Positions 27,552 to 38,822 are shown, numbered from the whole stretch's first letter. The stretch is DNA of 63,856 nucleotides, filler included, from Octopus bimaculoides (GCF_001194135.2; 6 parts of 6 records of this genome joined end to end with filler, not necessarily neighbours in it), one strand, 5' to 3'. Translations and numbers: made by a program. Notes: generated from the sequence alone by a model not told the origin.

Positions 27552-27884
27552 GTAAGTGTCCAATCATATATGAGAATGCATTTCCTGGGTACCAAATCTT
27601 TTCATCTATTTAATCAATCAGAGTTTTCGAGTTTTGATTGCCTTACAATTGCCGATATTTGATTTCAATTGCTACGAATTGACTATATCTTTACACAGAT
27701 GAATGCATTTATGAGTAAATACACAGACACATAGACACATACACACACACAGACACACTCACACAGACACGCAGGCACAGCCACAGACGCGCACACACGC
27801 ACAAATACACACACATAAATAAGTAACGAAGATGTACAAGGGACACTGTTTCAGGCGACTCCTTTACTTGATTAATGAATATTA

Positions 27885-28127
27885 TTGCTACTACTACCAC
27901 TTTTTTTCAGCGACCTCAACTGCTTAAACTCTCAAGCTAACCTGTTATATCTCTCGACTTTTCTTTCTTCCTGATCGCATACCTTGTTGTCAGCTCGGCA
28001 TGCTATATCTATGATCCAGCATCCTTTGCTTTCTATCCCAATTTAAACTATGTCTGGTTTCTTTTTCTCTTTCTCATGGACGCACTGAATCATAAAATCC
28101 CATAGGATCTTTGCACTATCATTTTGA
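27885..28127 (-). mobile_element. R4/Dong-like LINE fragment (RLE endonuclease region)
   Basis: Diverged duplicate of 28480-28700 (AKILWDFMIQ...KPDIV...CWIIDIAC). Confidence 0.8.
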
Positions 28128-28247
28128 TTATTAGTATTATATGTTTGACTTTTGTTTTGATTGTTTTGAATGTGTACAAGTTGACTTCAAGTCTCACCCA
28201 GAGACCTCAGGAAACAACAAATTAGAAGTTTATGTTGGTGTTATGCG
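28128..28247 (-). mobile_element. 3' end of a second R4/Dong-like family
   Basis: Matches 30277-30380 (gcataacrccaacatraactt...gagacttg...gtcaaacatataat). Confidence 0.7.
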
Positions 28248-29510
28248 TTTGCACAGCGTCTAACGCTGGAGATGTACTACAGTGTCAGCTGTTCACTACC
28301 AGTTAACTAAGGTAACACCTCTCAATTTTCCGAGCAACTTCCGGAGTATTCGAGCGGTTCCAAGCAGTGCTGTTTTCTGCAAGTGCTCCACCATTATTGC
28401 AGCCCCTATTTGTTCCACGTACTTCTCGAGATTTTTTCTCACTGTTCCCAGAGCTCCGACAATTATTGGTACTACTGCTATAGTTTTCATCGACCACAAC
28501 TACTTTAGTTCCCAAGCTAACCTGTCATATCTCTCGACTTTTCTTTCTTCCTTATCGCATACCTTGTTGTCAGCTGGGCATCCTATGTCTATGATCCAGC
28601 ATAGTTTCTTTTCTTTCTCAATTAACACTATGTCTGGCTTCCTATTTTCTATCTCATGGTCGCGCTGAATCATAAAATCCCATAGGATCTTTGCATTTCT
28701 ATTTTCAACGATGCCTTCAGGTTTGTGGTCGTACCAATTGTTTGCTCTGTCAAGTTCAAACTTGATGCAAAGTGTCCAATGGACAAGCCTGGCTATATTG
28801 TCGTGGCGTCTCTTGTATTCCTTCTGGGCTAGTGGCGTACATTGGCTGGTAATATACCATACGGTTTCCCCGTTTTGTCCACAGATTCTGCACTTATCAC
28901 TTTCTGCTGTGTTGTCTATTCTGTATTTTATGTAGTCTGTTCTTAGTGCTTGCTTTTGGGCAGCACAGATTAGAGCTTCCGTTTCCGTTTTTCAATCACT
29001 TTTAGTCATCCACAGCCATCTATTTTCTCTGTCTGTCTTATCTTCAACATCCCTATGAAATTGACCATGCAGTCTTTTCTTTACCCGACTATTTTCAGAT
29101 TTATTCGTTTTGAACGTCTTGTATAGTGCTTTATCTTTGCAATCTTTCATCCAACACAAGCCTGACCGTCTTACTTCTAATAATAGCGGTTCTGTGGCAT
29201 TTTTTACATAACATACCATGTTGTTTTCTTCTGCTCTACTGCTGTGTTCGCATCTAATAAGTCCTCTTCCCTCTCTTTTTCTTGATACATACATTCTCTC
29301 TGTGTCACTTTTTGGGTGGAGTGACCCATATCTAGTTAGCAACTTCCTTGTCTTTCTGTCTAAGCTGTTTAGTTCGTATACTGTCCATGCGATTACCCCT
29401 GTTCCATATCTAAAGAGTGAAACCGCCCAGGTGTTGATAGCTTCGATCTGATTCCGTCCATTAAATTTCGACATAAGTACCAGTCTCAGTCTGCGCAAGT
29501 ACTCCACATT
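28248..29510 (-). mobile_element. 5'-truncated R4/Dong-clade non-LTR retrotransposon (RT thumb, CCHC knuckle, PD-D RLE endonuclease)
   Basis: EYLRRLRLVLMSKFNGRNQIEAINTWAV...HPKSDTERMYVSRKREGRGL...KCRICGQNGETVWYITSQC...RRHDNIARLVHW...RKPDIV...IIDIGCP...LQKTALLGTARILRKLL, with frameshifts. Confidence 0.9.
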
Positions 29511-29545
29511 AAATAATTTGTCATTTCATTCTCCATCAATTTATC

Positions 29546-29546
<1 letters not shown>

Positions 29547-29624
<78 letters not shown>

Positions 29625-29663
29625 GTTATTATTATTATTATCATCATTATTATTATAATTATT
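29547..29663. repeat. (TAA)n array
   Basis: Long ATT run. Similar arrays at 30171-30273, 31085-31207 and 39215-39267. Confidence 0.95.
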
Positions 29664-30145
29664 GAGTGAGAGAGCAATGCATGCCATCAAAGTGACACTG
29701 GAGTAAAATATACGAAGCCCAGTATACCCATCATGAATACCCGTCTGATAAGGGTACACCAGGCACATGCATCACAACCATATGTGCACGACATGGTGAT
29801 CTCATATCAAGATGAACAGCGCATGACCTCGAGGTGGGGCCCAGTCAGAATTTTCTTCAGGTCGAGTAGCCCATCCCGCTCAAAAGGTCCCTGAATAAGG
29901 TTTGTTTAAGGATGTTGAGCAAAACACCCATGTTTCCAAAGGTGAATTATCCAAACCCCAAAGAATTCCTCTCAACACATGGCTATGACGCTCCTCCACT
30001 ACTTCTGCTCATGATCAGAGATGTACATATCGTCAGCCACCAAGGAACATGCTCAACTGGTTAAGGTCAAACAACTGACAAGCAAATCTGTGGTATTGAG
30101 CAGAATATTTGCTGTAGCCCATCGCTTATATCAAGACAAAACAAA
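29664..30145 (-). mobile_element. Non-coding interspersed repeat (~480 bp) ending directly in (TAA)n
   Basis: A second copy lies at 38823-39150. Minus strand ends ttgatggcatgcattgctctctcactc-aataat. Confidence 0.75.
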
Positions 30146-30276
30146 GCAAATCTGTGGTATTAAGCAGAATTTATTATATTATTATTAATATTTTATTATT
30201 ATTACTATTATTATTATTATTGTTGTTGTTGTTGTTGTTGCTTTGTTGTTGTTGTTGTTGTTTTTATTATTATTAT

Positions 30277-31084
30277 ATGTTTGACTACTGCTGTGAATTT
30301 GTACAAGTTTACTCCAAGTCTCACTCAGAAACCTCAACAGACAACAAGTTAAAAGTTCATGTTGGCGTTATGCCTAGGGTGTCATATATTTTGTTTTGCA
30401 AGAGAATGTTTAAGGAAAAATAACAAAATTATTATTTTGTTTTATAAGTTAAGATTACGTAGACAGTATTGTACGTAGGATATGGTCAGATTCCATATGC
30501 TCTATCTTTTGAATTTCAGCCATTTTGGGTTTCTCTTGCATCTGAGCCAGCTAGGAATCAGCCCCTTTTGCTATCACTCCTAGGGCACCTATGACAACAG
30601 TTATTGTTTTAGTCTTGAGGTTCCACATTTTGCAAATTTATATTTTAAGATCTTTATACTTGCTCAGTTTTTCGTAGTTTTTGACAGATACCTTTATTTC
30701 GAATGGGACAGTCACAACAATGTGGAGGCATGAATGTTGTCTGAAGTATTTCATTATAATCTCTGGCCTATTCGCATCTATCCTTCAGTCAGTTGGAATG
30801 GTGAAGTTCCAGAGGAGTGAGATGTGATCATTCTCAAGCACTGGAGGCGTTTGTTTTCCCACCAGTTTTATCATGGGACAGGTCCAGGTTTATGCAAATT
30901 ACCCAGTAAATATATTGTGCTGCTATATCATGCCTGTTGAGATACTCTGTAGGCGCAAGAAGACTGCACATGGAGACAACATGATCAATTATTTCATTTT
31001 GTTGTTTACATACACGAGATGATTGGCTACTGCTGTTTTTTTGATATGTTGGCCAGGTAGTTTCTTCTAGGTAGGCATTGATCG
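30277..31084 (-). mobile_element. 5'-truncated R4/Dong-like element, second family, flanked by TAA arrays on both sides
   Basis: QCLPRRNYL...RVCKQQNEIIDHVVSMCSLLAPTEYLNRHDIAAQYIYW...ANRPEII...VVIGALG. Confidence 0.85.
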
Positions 31085-31089
31085 TTATT

Positions 31090-31157
<68 letters not shown>

Positions 31158-31605
31158 CATCATCATTATTATCATCATTATTATTATTATTATCTTTATT
31201 ATTATTAGCTTTATTTTTTATCATTCATGATCTGTAGCGAGCAAACAACGCCTATACCGAAACCTGAAATCCGGTGTTTGCTATACTTTATGCGATTTAA
31301 CATTTCACATCAAAACATTTTGGTTTTCCCAGACCACCCCCATGATTAGGAGAAACTTTTATAGAAGTAGGTACCTGTTCATTAAATTGGTATCAATATA
31401 TTCCTCACAGGTATTTGTTTGATGAAGCAAAACCGAGAAAAGAGATAAACGATCCGACTGAGTTACATATATGAATTAGAAGGGAGCAAAAGTTATGATC
31501 TCAGTTCGAACCATCTTTATCTGTGCTAATTTATAATAAATCTGTCTTGTAACGTATCTAATATTGCTTAGTGAATATTATCATAAGGTATGTATTTTTC
31601 TTTAG

Positions 31606-31741
31606 ATTGTACTGGATGTATGGACGGTGTTTTTTGCCGCGATATTGCAGAAAAAATGGGTGGCAAAGACGTTCGATAAGTGTAGCAAGAAAATATGCGA
31701 CGAGTTTGATGGTAAAATGCAAATAAAGGACTCACGTTTGT
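31606..31741 (+). pseudogene. Candidate exon 2 (Cys/Trp module 1), frameshifted
   Basis: tttttctttag acceptor and GTAAGT donor. Removing one A from the A6 run at about 31651 gives NCTGCMDGVFCRDIAEKWVAKTFDKCSKKICDEFDGKMQIKDSRL, phase 1-1. Confidence 0.4.
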
Positions 31742-31924
31742 GTAAGTTGAAAAAAACAAATTTCATTTCCTCTCTTCACTGCGTGTTTTGATGTATCAAA
31801 ATCCCAACGAAGGCTTATATTAGCTTTGTTTTGAATGCGATAGACGTTGTTCGGTAGCTGCTAATTCCTGTCCCTCTGTCAGCATTGTGAAACTAATGTA
31901 CCCTACCTCCCACGCGGTTATATC

Positions 31925-32028
31925 AACCTCAGGAAACGACGGATTCTTAGATTATTGAACTTAAGTGACGAAATGTAATGTGAGCATTTCGTCCGGCGTG
32001 CTAACATCTCTGCCATCTCGCCGCCTTA
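31925..32028 (-). mobile_element. SINE (Meta-like family) head fragment
   Basis: Reverse of aggcggcgagatggcagagatgttagcacgccggacgaaatgctc. Confidence 0.7.
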
Positions 32029-32091
32029 GTACAGACACAGTTATGCCATAGAAATAGTTTTAATAGAATAATCAATATATTTTCTTATCAA

Positions 32092-32248
32092 CAACAAATT
32101 GCATTTTGGAAAATGGAAAATGCGCTGCTAAAAGCGTAGAATGGTCTGTTATCAGGCACGACGGGTTTTGCTTCGCTTACAACTGCACCTATAAGGGAAT
32201 TAAAAACGTTAAAGCCATAAAGAAACGTCTCGGAATATGTTCACTTCC
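32092..32248 (+). pseudogene. Candidate exon 3 (Cys/Trp module 2)
   Basis: Open frame TNCILENGKCAAKSVEWSVIRHDGFCFAYNCTYKGIKNVKAIKKRLGICSL and GTGAGT donor (phase 2). The phase-compatible acceptor reads CAA, not CAG. Confidence 0.45.
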
Positions 32249-32343
32249 GTGAGTATATATCTGAAGCTATTTAATTTAGCTAATATATTACATTTTCTCA
32301 ATATCATTGTTGCATTGTCTTTGTAACAACATTTCATCTTCAG

Positions 32344-32461
32344 TTATAAATTTAGTTAGCTCAAACTTAGAAATGAAAACACAAATCTTAGCATTTCCAG
32401 TTGAAAGTTAAGCCATCAGATACTTACTGAATATAAAGAGAGATTAAGAATAAAAAATAAA
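32344..32461 (+). pseudogene. Candidate terminal exon with 3' UTR and polyA signal
   Basis: atttcatcttcag acceptor. Phase 2 gives (P)YKFS* with stop at 32357-32359. AATAAA twice at about 32448-32461. Confidence 0.35.
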
Positions 32462-32620
32462 CATATAAACAAAAATTTTTTTTTAATAATTAAAAAAAAT
32501 TAAAAATAAAAATAAATAAATAAAAGGATAGATTGAAGTATTCCTAACAAAGCAAATTAAGAAATAAAGTAAGACGAAGTTACCATTCGATGTAGTTTTA
32601 TAGAATAAGATGTAATATTA

Positions 32621-32835
32621 CAGGCACTGATGTATGTAGAATCACATAGTTCCAATGGGATGCAGAGTATACCTAAGGGAGGCGTATGATCTGATAATTA
32701 ATTATAAATATACGTATGAATACCGACAGATAGTCATTATAGCTATAATTATAATGAATTATCAGATCGTACGCCTCCCTTAGGTATACTTTGTACGCCA
32801 TAGGAACTATATGATTCTACCTACAGCACTGCCTG
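32621..32835. mobile_element. Foldback-like MITE with ~79-bp TIRs
   Basis: Arms differ at 10 positions, start CAGGCA after a TA. The right TA is replaced by an abutting SINE. Confidence 0.75.
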
Positions 32836-32950
32836 CGTGGAGGCGCAATGGCCCAGTGGTTATGGCAGCGGACTCGCGGTCGTAGGATCGCGGTTTCTAT
32901 ACCTAGACCGGGCGTTGTGAGTGTTTATTGAGCGAAAACACCTGAAGCAT
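32836..32950 (+). mobile_element. tRNA-derived SINE head
   Basis: gtggaggcgcaatggcccagtggttatggcagcggactcgcgg...cggtttctatacc. Confidence 0.7.
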
Positions 32951-33826
32951 CCAATGGTGTCCTCGTCTTGATTTATTTCTTCATTTTCGTTGTTAGGAAT
33001 ACCTCGACCTATATTTATTATTATTGTTCCATTTTTAATTATTTTTATATTTTATCCTTTATCTCGCGTTATATCCAGTATGTATCTTAAATCTTCAACA
33101 ATGAAAGATTTTGTTTAACCTTATGACTATTTTTTCATTTTACAAATCCCTTATTGAAATTTTATATATATTTTTCATTATTTTATTTTTTTATTTTTTG
33201 GTGTATTTTTGTATTCTTTTGTATTATATTATATTATAAAACCTTGTATTTTGTTTACCTATTTACTCTCGTATACACTACTGTAACTTTCTATGATTTG
33301 CGGAGGGGTTGTAACTTCTGTCTACAGTTAATCATACAAAAGGATATTATATTTATAGTTTTTTTTTAATTTATATTTTAATATCCATTTATATTTTCTT
33401 TAGTTATTTGCTAAGATGAAGCATTCTGTGGCTTCTATTTTATGTAAAACTATTATAATTTTTTTAGGGCTAAAATTAGTTTGTATATTTTTCATCTCTT
33501 ACTGTATTCTTATATCCCCTTCTAAATTTTAAGATTTTATTATTTATTATACAAAATATAATAATATATAAATTTTGCTAAATTTTGGATATACAATTTC
33601 CCCCTGCACTCTCAATGCCCATTTAGATCTCAATGTAACCTTCGTCTTCTATATTAGGCCCCTTTTATCGGTGTCTTTTGCCGAACCACTAAGTTATGGG
33701 GACATAAACATACACACACATCGGTTGTCAAGCGATGAAGGTGCTTGTGGAGGAGGCAAACACAGACAAGCACACACACACACACACACGCACACGCACA
33801 CACACACACATGCACACACGCACGCA

Positions 33827-33887
<61 letters not shown>

Positions 33888-34408
33888 TACTCTTTTACTC
33901 GTTTCAGAGTTCGGAAGTCAGCCGCGTTCATGCTGGTGCACCAACGTATATTATATCTATGTATATTATATATGATTATATAATATATATGATGATATTG
34001 GCCAGAAGGAAACCGCTCAATCGTCCACTTAAAAGTTTGCAGTCATTTCTGTGTATGTGCGTGTTACGTTAGTCAGCGTGGTGTGCATCGCTGTGTGTGT
34101 GTGCGTCTCGTGTGTGTGTGTGTGTCTGTACGCATGCATGCATGTATATGAGGGCGTGTTATATTTCTCAGAGTTCTGTGTGAGTACGTGTGTGCGCGTG
34201 TGTATGTGAGTGTGTTGTGTTTGTGAGGATGGTGTGTGCGTGCACACGTCTGTATTTTTGAACGTATCGGCCTGTATGTGTGCATTTGTCATTTGTATTT
34301 CGCAGGGTGGTGTGTGTGTGTTTTCTGTTTGTCAGAGTGGTGTGTGTGCATTTGTAAATATGTACGTGTATGTGCCTGTACATATATATATATATGTGTA
34401 TGTGTGTG

Positions 34409-34456
<48 letters not shown>

Positions 34457-34799
34457 TCTAAGTCTTTGTGGATGTTAAATTTTCTTGTGTATTTTTGTGT
34501 GTGTGCATATATTTGTATATATAAGTCCGTCTGTGTTTTTGCTATGGATGAGTATTCCTAGGAGGTAGGAATATTGTGGTTATTTGCGAAGGCGTGCAGG
34601 AAGTGTGCGTTTCTATAGGTAATTGGAGGATTGCCCCATTGTTCCGACACCAGTCGACAGTCCAAGCATATTGTTTTAAGATATTAAAGTATGTTTAACT
34701 GTAGTCCGTATTTTCAAATAAAAATGTTTTCTTAATTTATTTGTGTTTGATCAATGGTGCTGCCTGAGCAAAGTTAGAATGGTAACACTTGAAATTTCC

Positions 34800-35590
34800 G
34801 GGACTTATTTTCTGTGTGTGGAGCTCTTAACAAGAATTGACCATGTATGCAAGACAATAGATATACAGAGAAATATCTAGGAAGTTTTTTGAACTCAACT
34901 TGGAGATGATGGTTATGCATCCTAAGAAAGAAGGAAACATGGAGTTGGAGGTTGCCAAGCAAGAGTTGGAGGTTTTCCAAGCAAAAGTTGAACAATTTAC
35001 AATTGGCAATAGGTGGATTGTTCCATATTACCCATTGTTACTCAAAATATTTAATGCTCATATCAATTTTGAATTTTACAACTTGGGTGAAATCCATAAA
35101 ATATGTCTGCAAATATGTAAACAAAAGATCTGACGCTGCACTGTTTACTCTACAAAGACAGGATGTTCAAGATGAAGTCAGTATATATGAAAACAAGGTA
35201 GTTACATCTGCAGCAATGAAGCATTTTGGAGAATATTTGCATTTCCATTACATGACCGTTATCGTTCATATATTGGAAATCTAAATATTCTCCAAATTGA
35301 TTTATTGATACTGAAGGCTTCTACCTTGTTCATATATACCGACTTTAGCTTGAACATCCTACCTTTGAAGAGCAAACATTCAACATTCGGCTGTTCGTCT
35401 CAAAAATGGGCAATGTGTCGATATCCCAGCTGCAATCGCCGCTCAACAGTCATTGGTTCCTAAAGGAACTACTCTAACAGCTTATTTCAAACTTTACCGT
35501 GAAGATCTATTTGCAAGGAAGATTTATTGTTACCGACTTCCATCTTAATACACATGGAATAATAAGCAATGGAAGACGCGCAAAATGGTG
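34800..35590 (+). mobile_element. Decayed Helitron Rep/helicase fragment
   Basis: CGALNKN*PCMQDN; NRWIVPYYPLLLKIFNAHINFEF; VKSIKYVCKYVNKRSD; TTLTAYFKLYREDLFARK...YTWNNKQWKTRK. The degenerate GT-rich tract upstream (33990-34450) may belong to it. Confidence 0.85.
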
Positions 35591-36515
35591 CGTCTGTTGG
35601 AAATCATCACGATATCAGACTTGCTTGTGCTCTCTGAAGAGTTTTACAGTACATTTTTATCAAGATGCATGTCTAGTCTTAAGGACACTGCTTCATATTT
35701 GTTTATACGTTTGTATTTGTCTATATATTAAACCGGAAAAATAAATAGACACATTTTGCTTTGTCAGCACGATTACTCTGTCTCATACCTCTCTGGGCAA
35801 TCGAATTCATAGCATCTAAGTGTATTGTTTAATGACTGTAAAGTTGCAAAGGTTTATATTATATTCTATTAAAATCTTAACTTTATAATTAACATCTCTT
35901 ACCAATTTTATTTGGAAATATTTGTTTTCGCTGTATATAAATGTTTTGTATATCTTCACTTTTATAGATAGAGAAACTTACCAATCGAAAACCAAAACCA
36001 ACGCCAAATCAATTTACAATAAACTAATGAAAAATAAACTCATTTAATAAACTAATGTAATAAACTTGTTTCAGAGCCAATCCTTTAGTTTCTTTTTGTT
36101 TTGCTTTTCCTAATTATATACACTGTGATCTTTATGATTATTAGAAACCGTTACAAGAAAAATTTGATTAAAAGTCAGCATTTACTTTTCGTTCCGCCGA
36201 TCATTCATCTAACTCTACTGTTACTTTTTGTTTGGTTTTTCTTATGTATACACTGTGATCTTTATGAGTTTTAGAGACAATCAGAAGTAAAGTTTGACTC
36301 AAAATCAACATTTCCTTTTCGTTTCGTTGATCATTCATCTAACACCAATAGGTATACTTACATCCTCACCATGACGAGAGTTCCTGCCATTCACCTCCAT
36401 AATGAACAGGAACATATTTTCTCACCAAAACTGTAGTCCTCTGGGTTTCAAATTTCTTTCCCAATATTCTCCTCAACCACCCATTTTTACTCGCCCCTTC
36501 CCACGTACACACGTA

Positions 36516-36660
36516 TCATTTTTTACATATTAGCTGTGTTCTTCTGTACTCATCCCCTGCATTAACACTATCTTCACGAATGATCAAACCTTTCCCATCC
36601 TTTCTACAGGACACATAAAACCTGATATAACGTGGTGGGCAACTTTGCTGGAGATAATAT
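36516..36660 (-). mobile_element. Short R4/Dong-like fragment
   Basis: RFYVSCRKDGKGLIIREDSV resembles the RMYVSRKREGRGLIRCE motif at 29.2 kb. Confidence 0.5.
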
Positions 36661-37987
36661 CTTGATAAAATTACCCGTCGGTGGTAAGCTAAAATACAAC
36701 TCATTTATGTATGAAAATGCCGAGCAAAATAGCCAACGATAACAGTGTGAACGGGAATGAAGACAATAGGAAAGATGCTGCAACTTCCTGGTGTTCTATT
36801 GTGCAGCGACACGGCTTCGGTCGTAATCCAAGAAAGAATGCTATTGAAGATCAATGAGAAGAGAACATTGACGGACAGAAAAGGAAATAAACAACCTTCA
36901 TGCGAAAGGAAGATAGTTGATATAAGTTCCCCGAAGAGTTTAGTGTCGATTCTTGACAGAAGAAAAAGAGAATTGTAAAATGATCGTAAATTTGGAAAAC
37001 TGAAGAAGTGTGATGTCGATACACAAGGATTGAATATTGTGACTTCTGAATGTTTTATCGATTATTTCTGGCACATTTGCTCAATAAATAAAGAGAAACT
37101 TTCAGCAAACTATTCTGCGCTTTTTAAAGCAACGATTGCAGCATACCATTTCAATTGCTGAGGCATCCTTGTGTTTCACGTTAGATATTTGAAATGTAAG
37201 GTTTTAAAAAAACTGAATGGGCAAAAAAGTTAAAACTCTTGAAAGATGTGTCGCCAAAAATCTGACGGAGCTTGTTTATGCGCATATCTGTCTACCTATC
37301 GATCTATTTATCTCATTGTGTTGTGTCGATCGGGGCAAAATTGTTTATTCAGTTCAGGAGAAATAACGAAATCATTGTTTCCACTTCACTACGAGCCATA
37401 AAATGTCTCTGACAGCTAGTATTTTATAAAATGTCATTATTATACATTTCAGTTTTGGGATAATAAAGACAGAGATATATTGTTACCAGCTGTTTACTAG
37501 TACTGGAGGTGTTACATTTGTTATAAATACGGATCGTTTTCGCATTCGTTATTTTTTCCGTGTTTCTTCATTGCTCTCTCTATTTAGTATACGTAAGTGA
37601 ACTTCTAAAAATATTTTATTTTCTTTATGGAATTTGTATGAAATGTTTACATGACTCTTTTGCATTATAACTCAGATAGGATTTCAAAAACTGAATTTGT
37701 TCGTCAATGTTTTCTAATAATAATAAATAAAATGGGAAATGTGTCTAATTTAAAGGGGTTCTAGTTGTAACTTGATTTGATTTTATTGGTAATGAATAAA
37801 GGGTAAAAGGTCTAAATCTAAACTAATTGTATTTTCTGTTTCTGTATATGAATATGTCTGTGGGCGTGTGTGTATGTATGTATGTATGCATGGGTGGATG
37901 GATGGATGGATGGATGGATATATCTATCTATTTATCTCTGTATATATGTGTATGTATGCATTTGTAACACACACGCACACATACATA

Positions 37988-38063
<76 letters not shown>

Positions 38064-38822
38064 GGATAAACATCCAAATTTCTCTAAAACTATATATTGT
38101 TCAGAGACGTGTTAGTTAATATGACATGCGTTTCATATTTCAAAAGAACCAGACACTCTCCTCATCAGGAGGCTCCACGACACGAAAGACTCCATGAAAA
38201 CAATACAAAAAAGGACAACTCACATAATCACGTTCCAACGAGTTTTTTTTTTTTTCGAACTCGTTGGAACGTGATTGTGTGAGTCGTCCTTTTTTGTATT
38301 GTTTTCATGCGGTCCAATGAAAAACTAACCTCCACCAACTACTCTGACAATATATCTGTGCATACCTTTGAATGCCACGTATGGCATAACGTATACCTAC
38401 CTAACGGAGGCCTCAAAAGGCATGCTAAGATCCTTCTGTACTTATACCTTAGATCCATGTTGATGTATGATGTGGCTTTTCAAGTTAGAACACAAAGCAT
38501 GTGTAAAGTAGAAAGTCAGACATTTTACAGCTTTTAAAGGACATACTAAAATTAGAGACAATGTTCATTGGATCAAAAAGTTTCATCGACGGGCCGTTTC
38601 GGAGACGTCTTAGTTAATATGACTAAATTGTTCATGCACGTTGTCCGCGTGAATTGTTTATATCCTCGTCGCAACTGTTATGATTTTGGTTCCCCGTCCA
38701 CTCGCAAATTCTTGGCGCCACTATTACGTTGTGGCGACATTCCGCCTCTTACTATCTTTGACTCGCCTGTCGTGCTATCAATGACTTTGAAGCGTCTACG
38801 TTAATAGTAGCTCGAACTCGTA

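Noticed and set aside
32097-32190. Minus-strand exon-like frame GAVVSEAKPVVPDNRPFYAFSSAFSIFQNAICC*
   Set aside because: Antisense to the better-supported Cys/Trp exon, and no upstream partner exon found.
33000-33620. Very AT-rich tract suggesting a NUMT
   Set aside because: No mitochondrial gene or rRNA motif could be recognised; would need BLAST.
37527-37598. Hydrophobic frame IRIVFAFVIFSVFLHCSLYLVY before GTAAGT
   Set aside because: Starts with ATA after a stop, and no compatible downstream exon. T-rich DNA gives such frames by chance.
38360-38430. Zinc-finger-like FECHVWHNVYLPNGGLKRHAKI
   Set aside because: Second Cys and final His are missing; more likely a decayed LINE C-terminus than a host gene.
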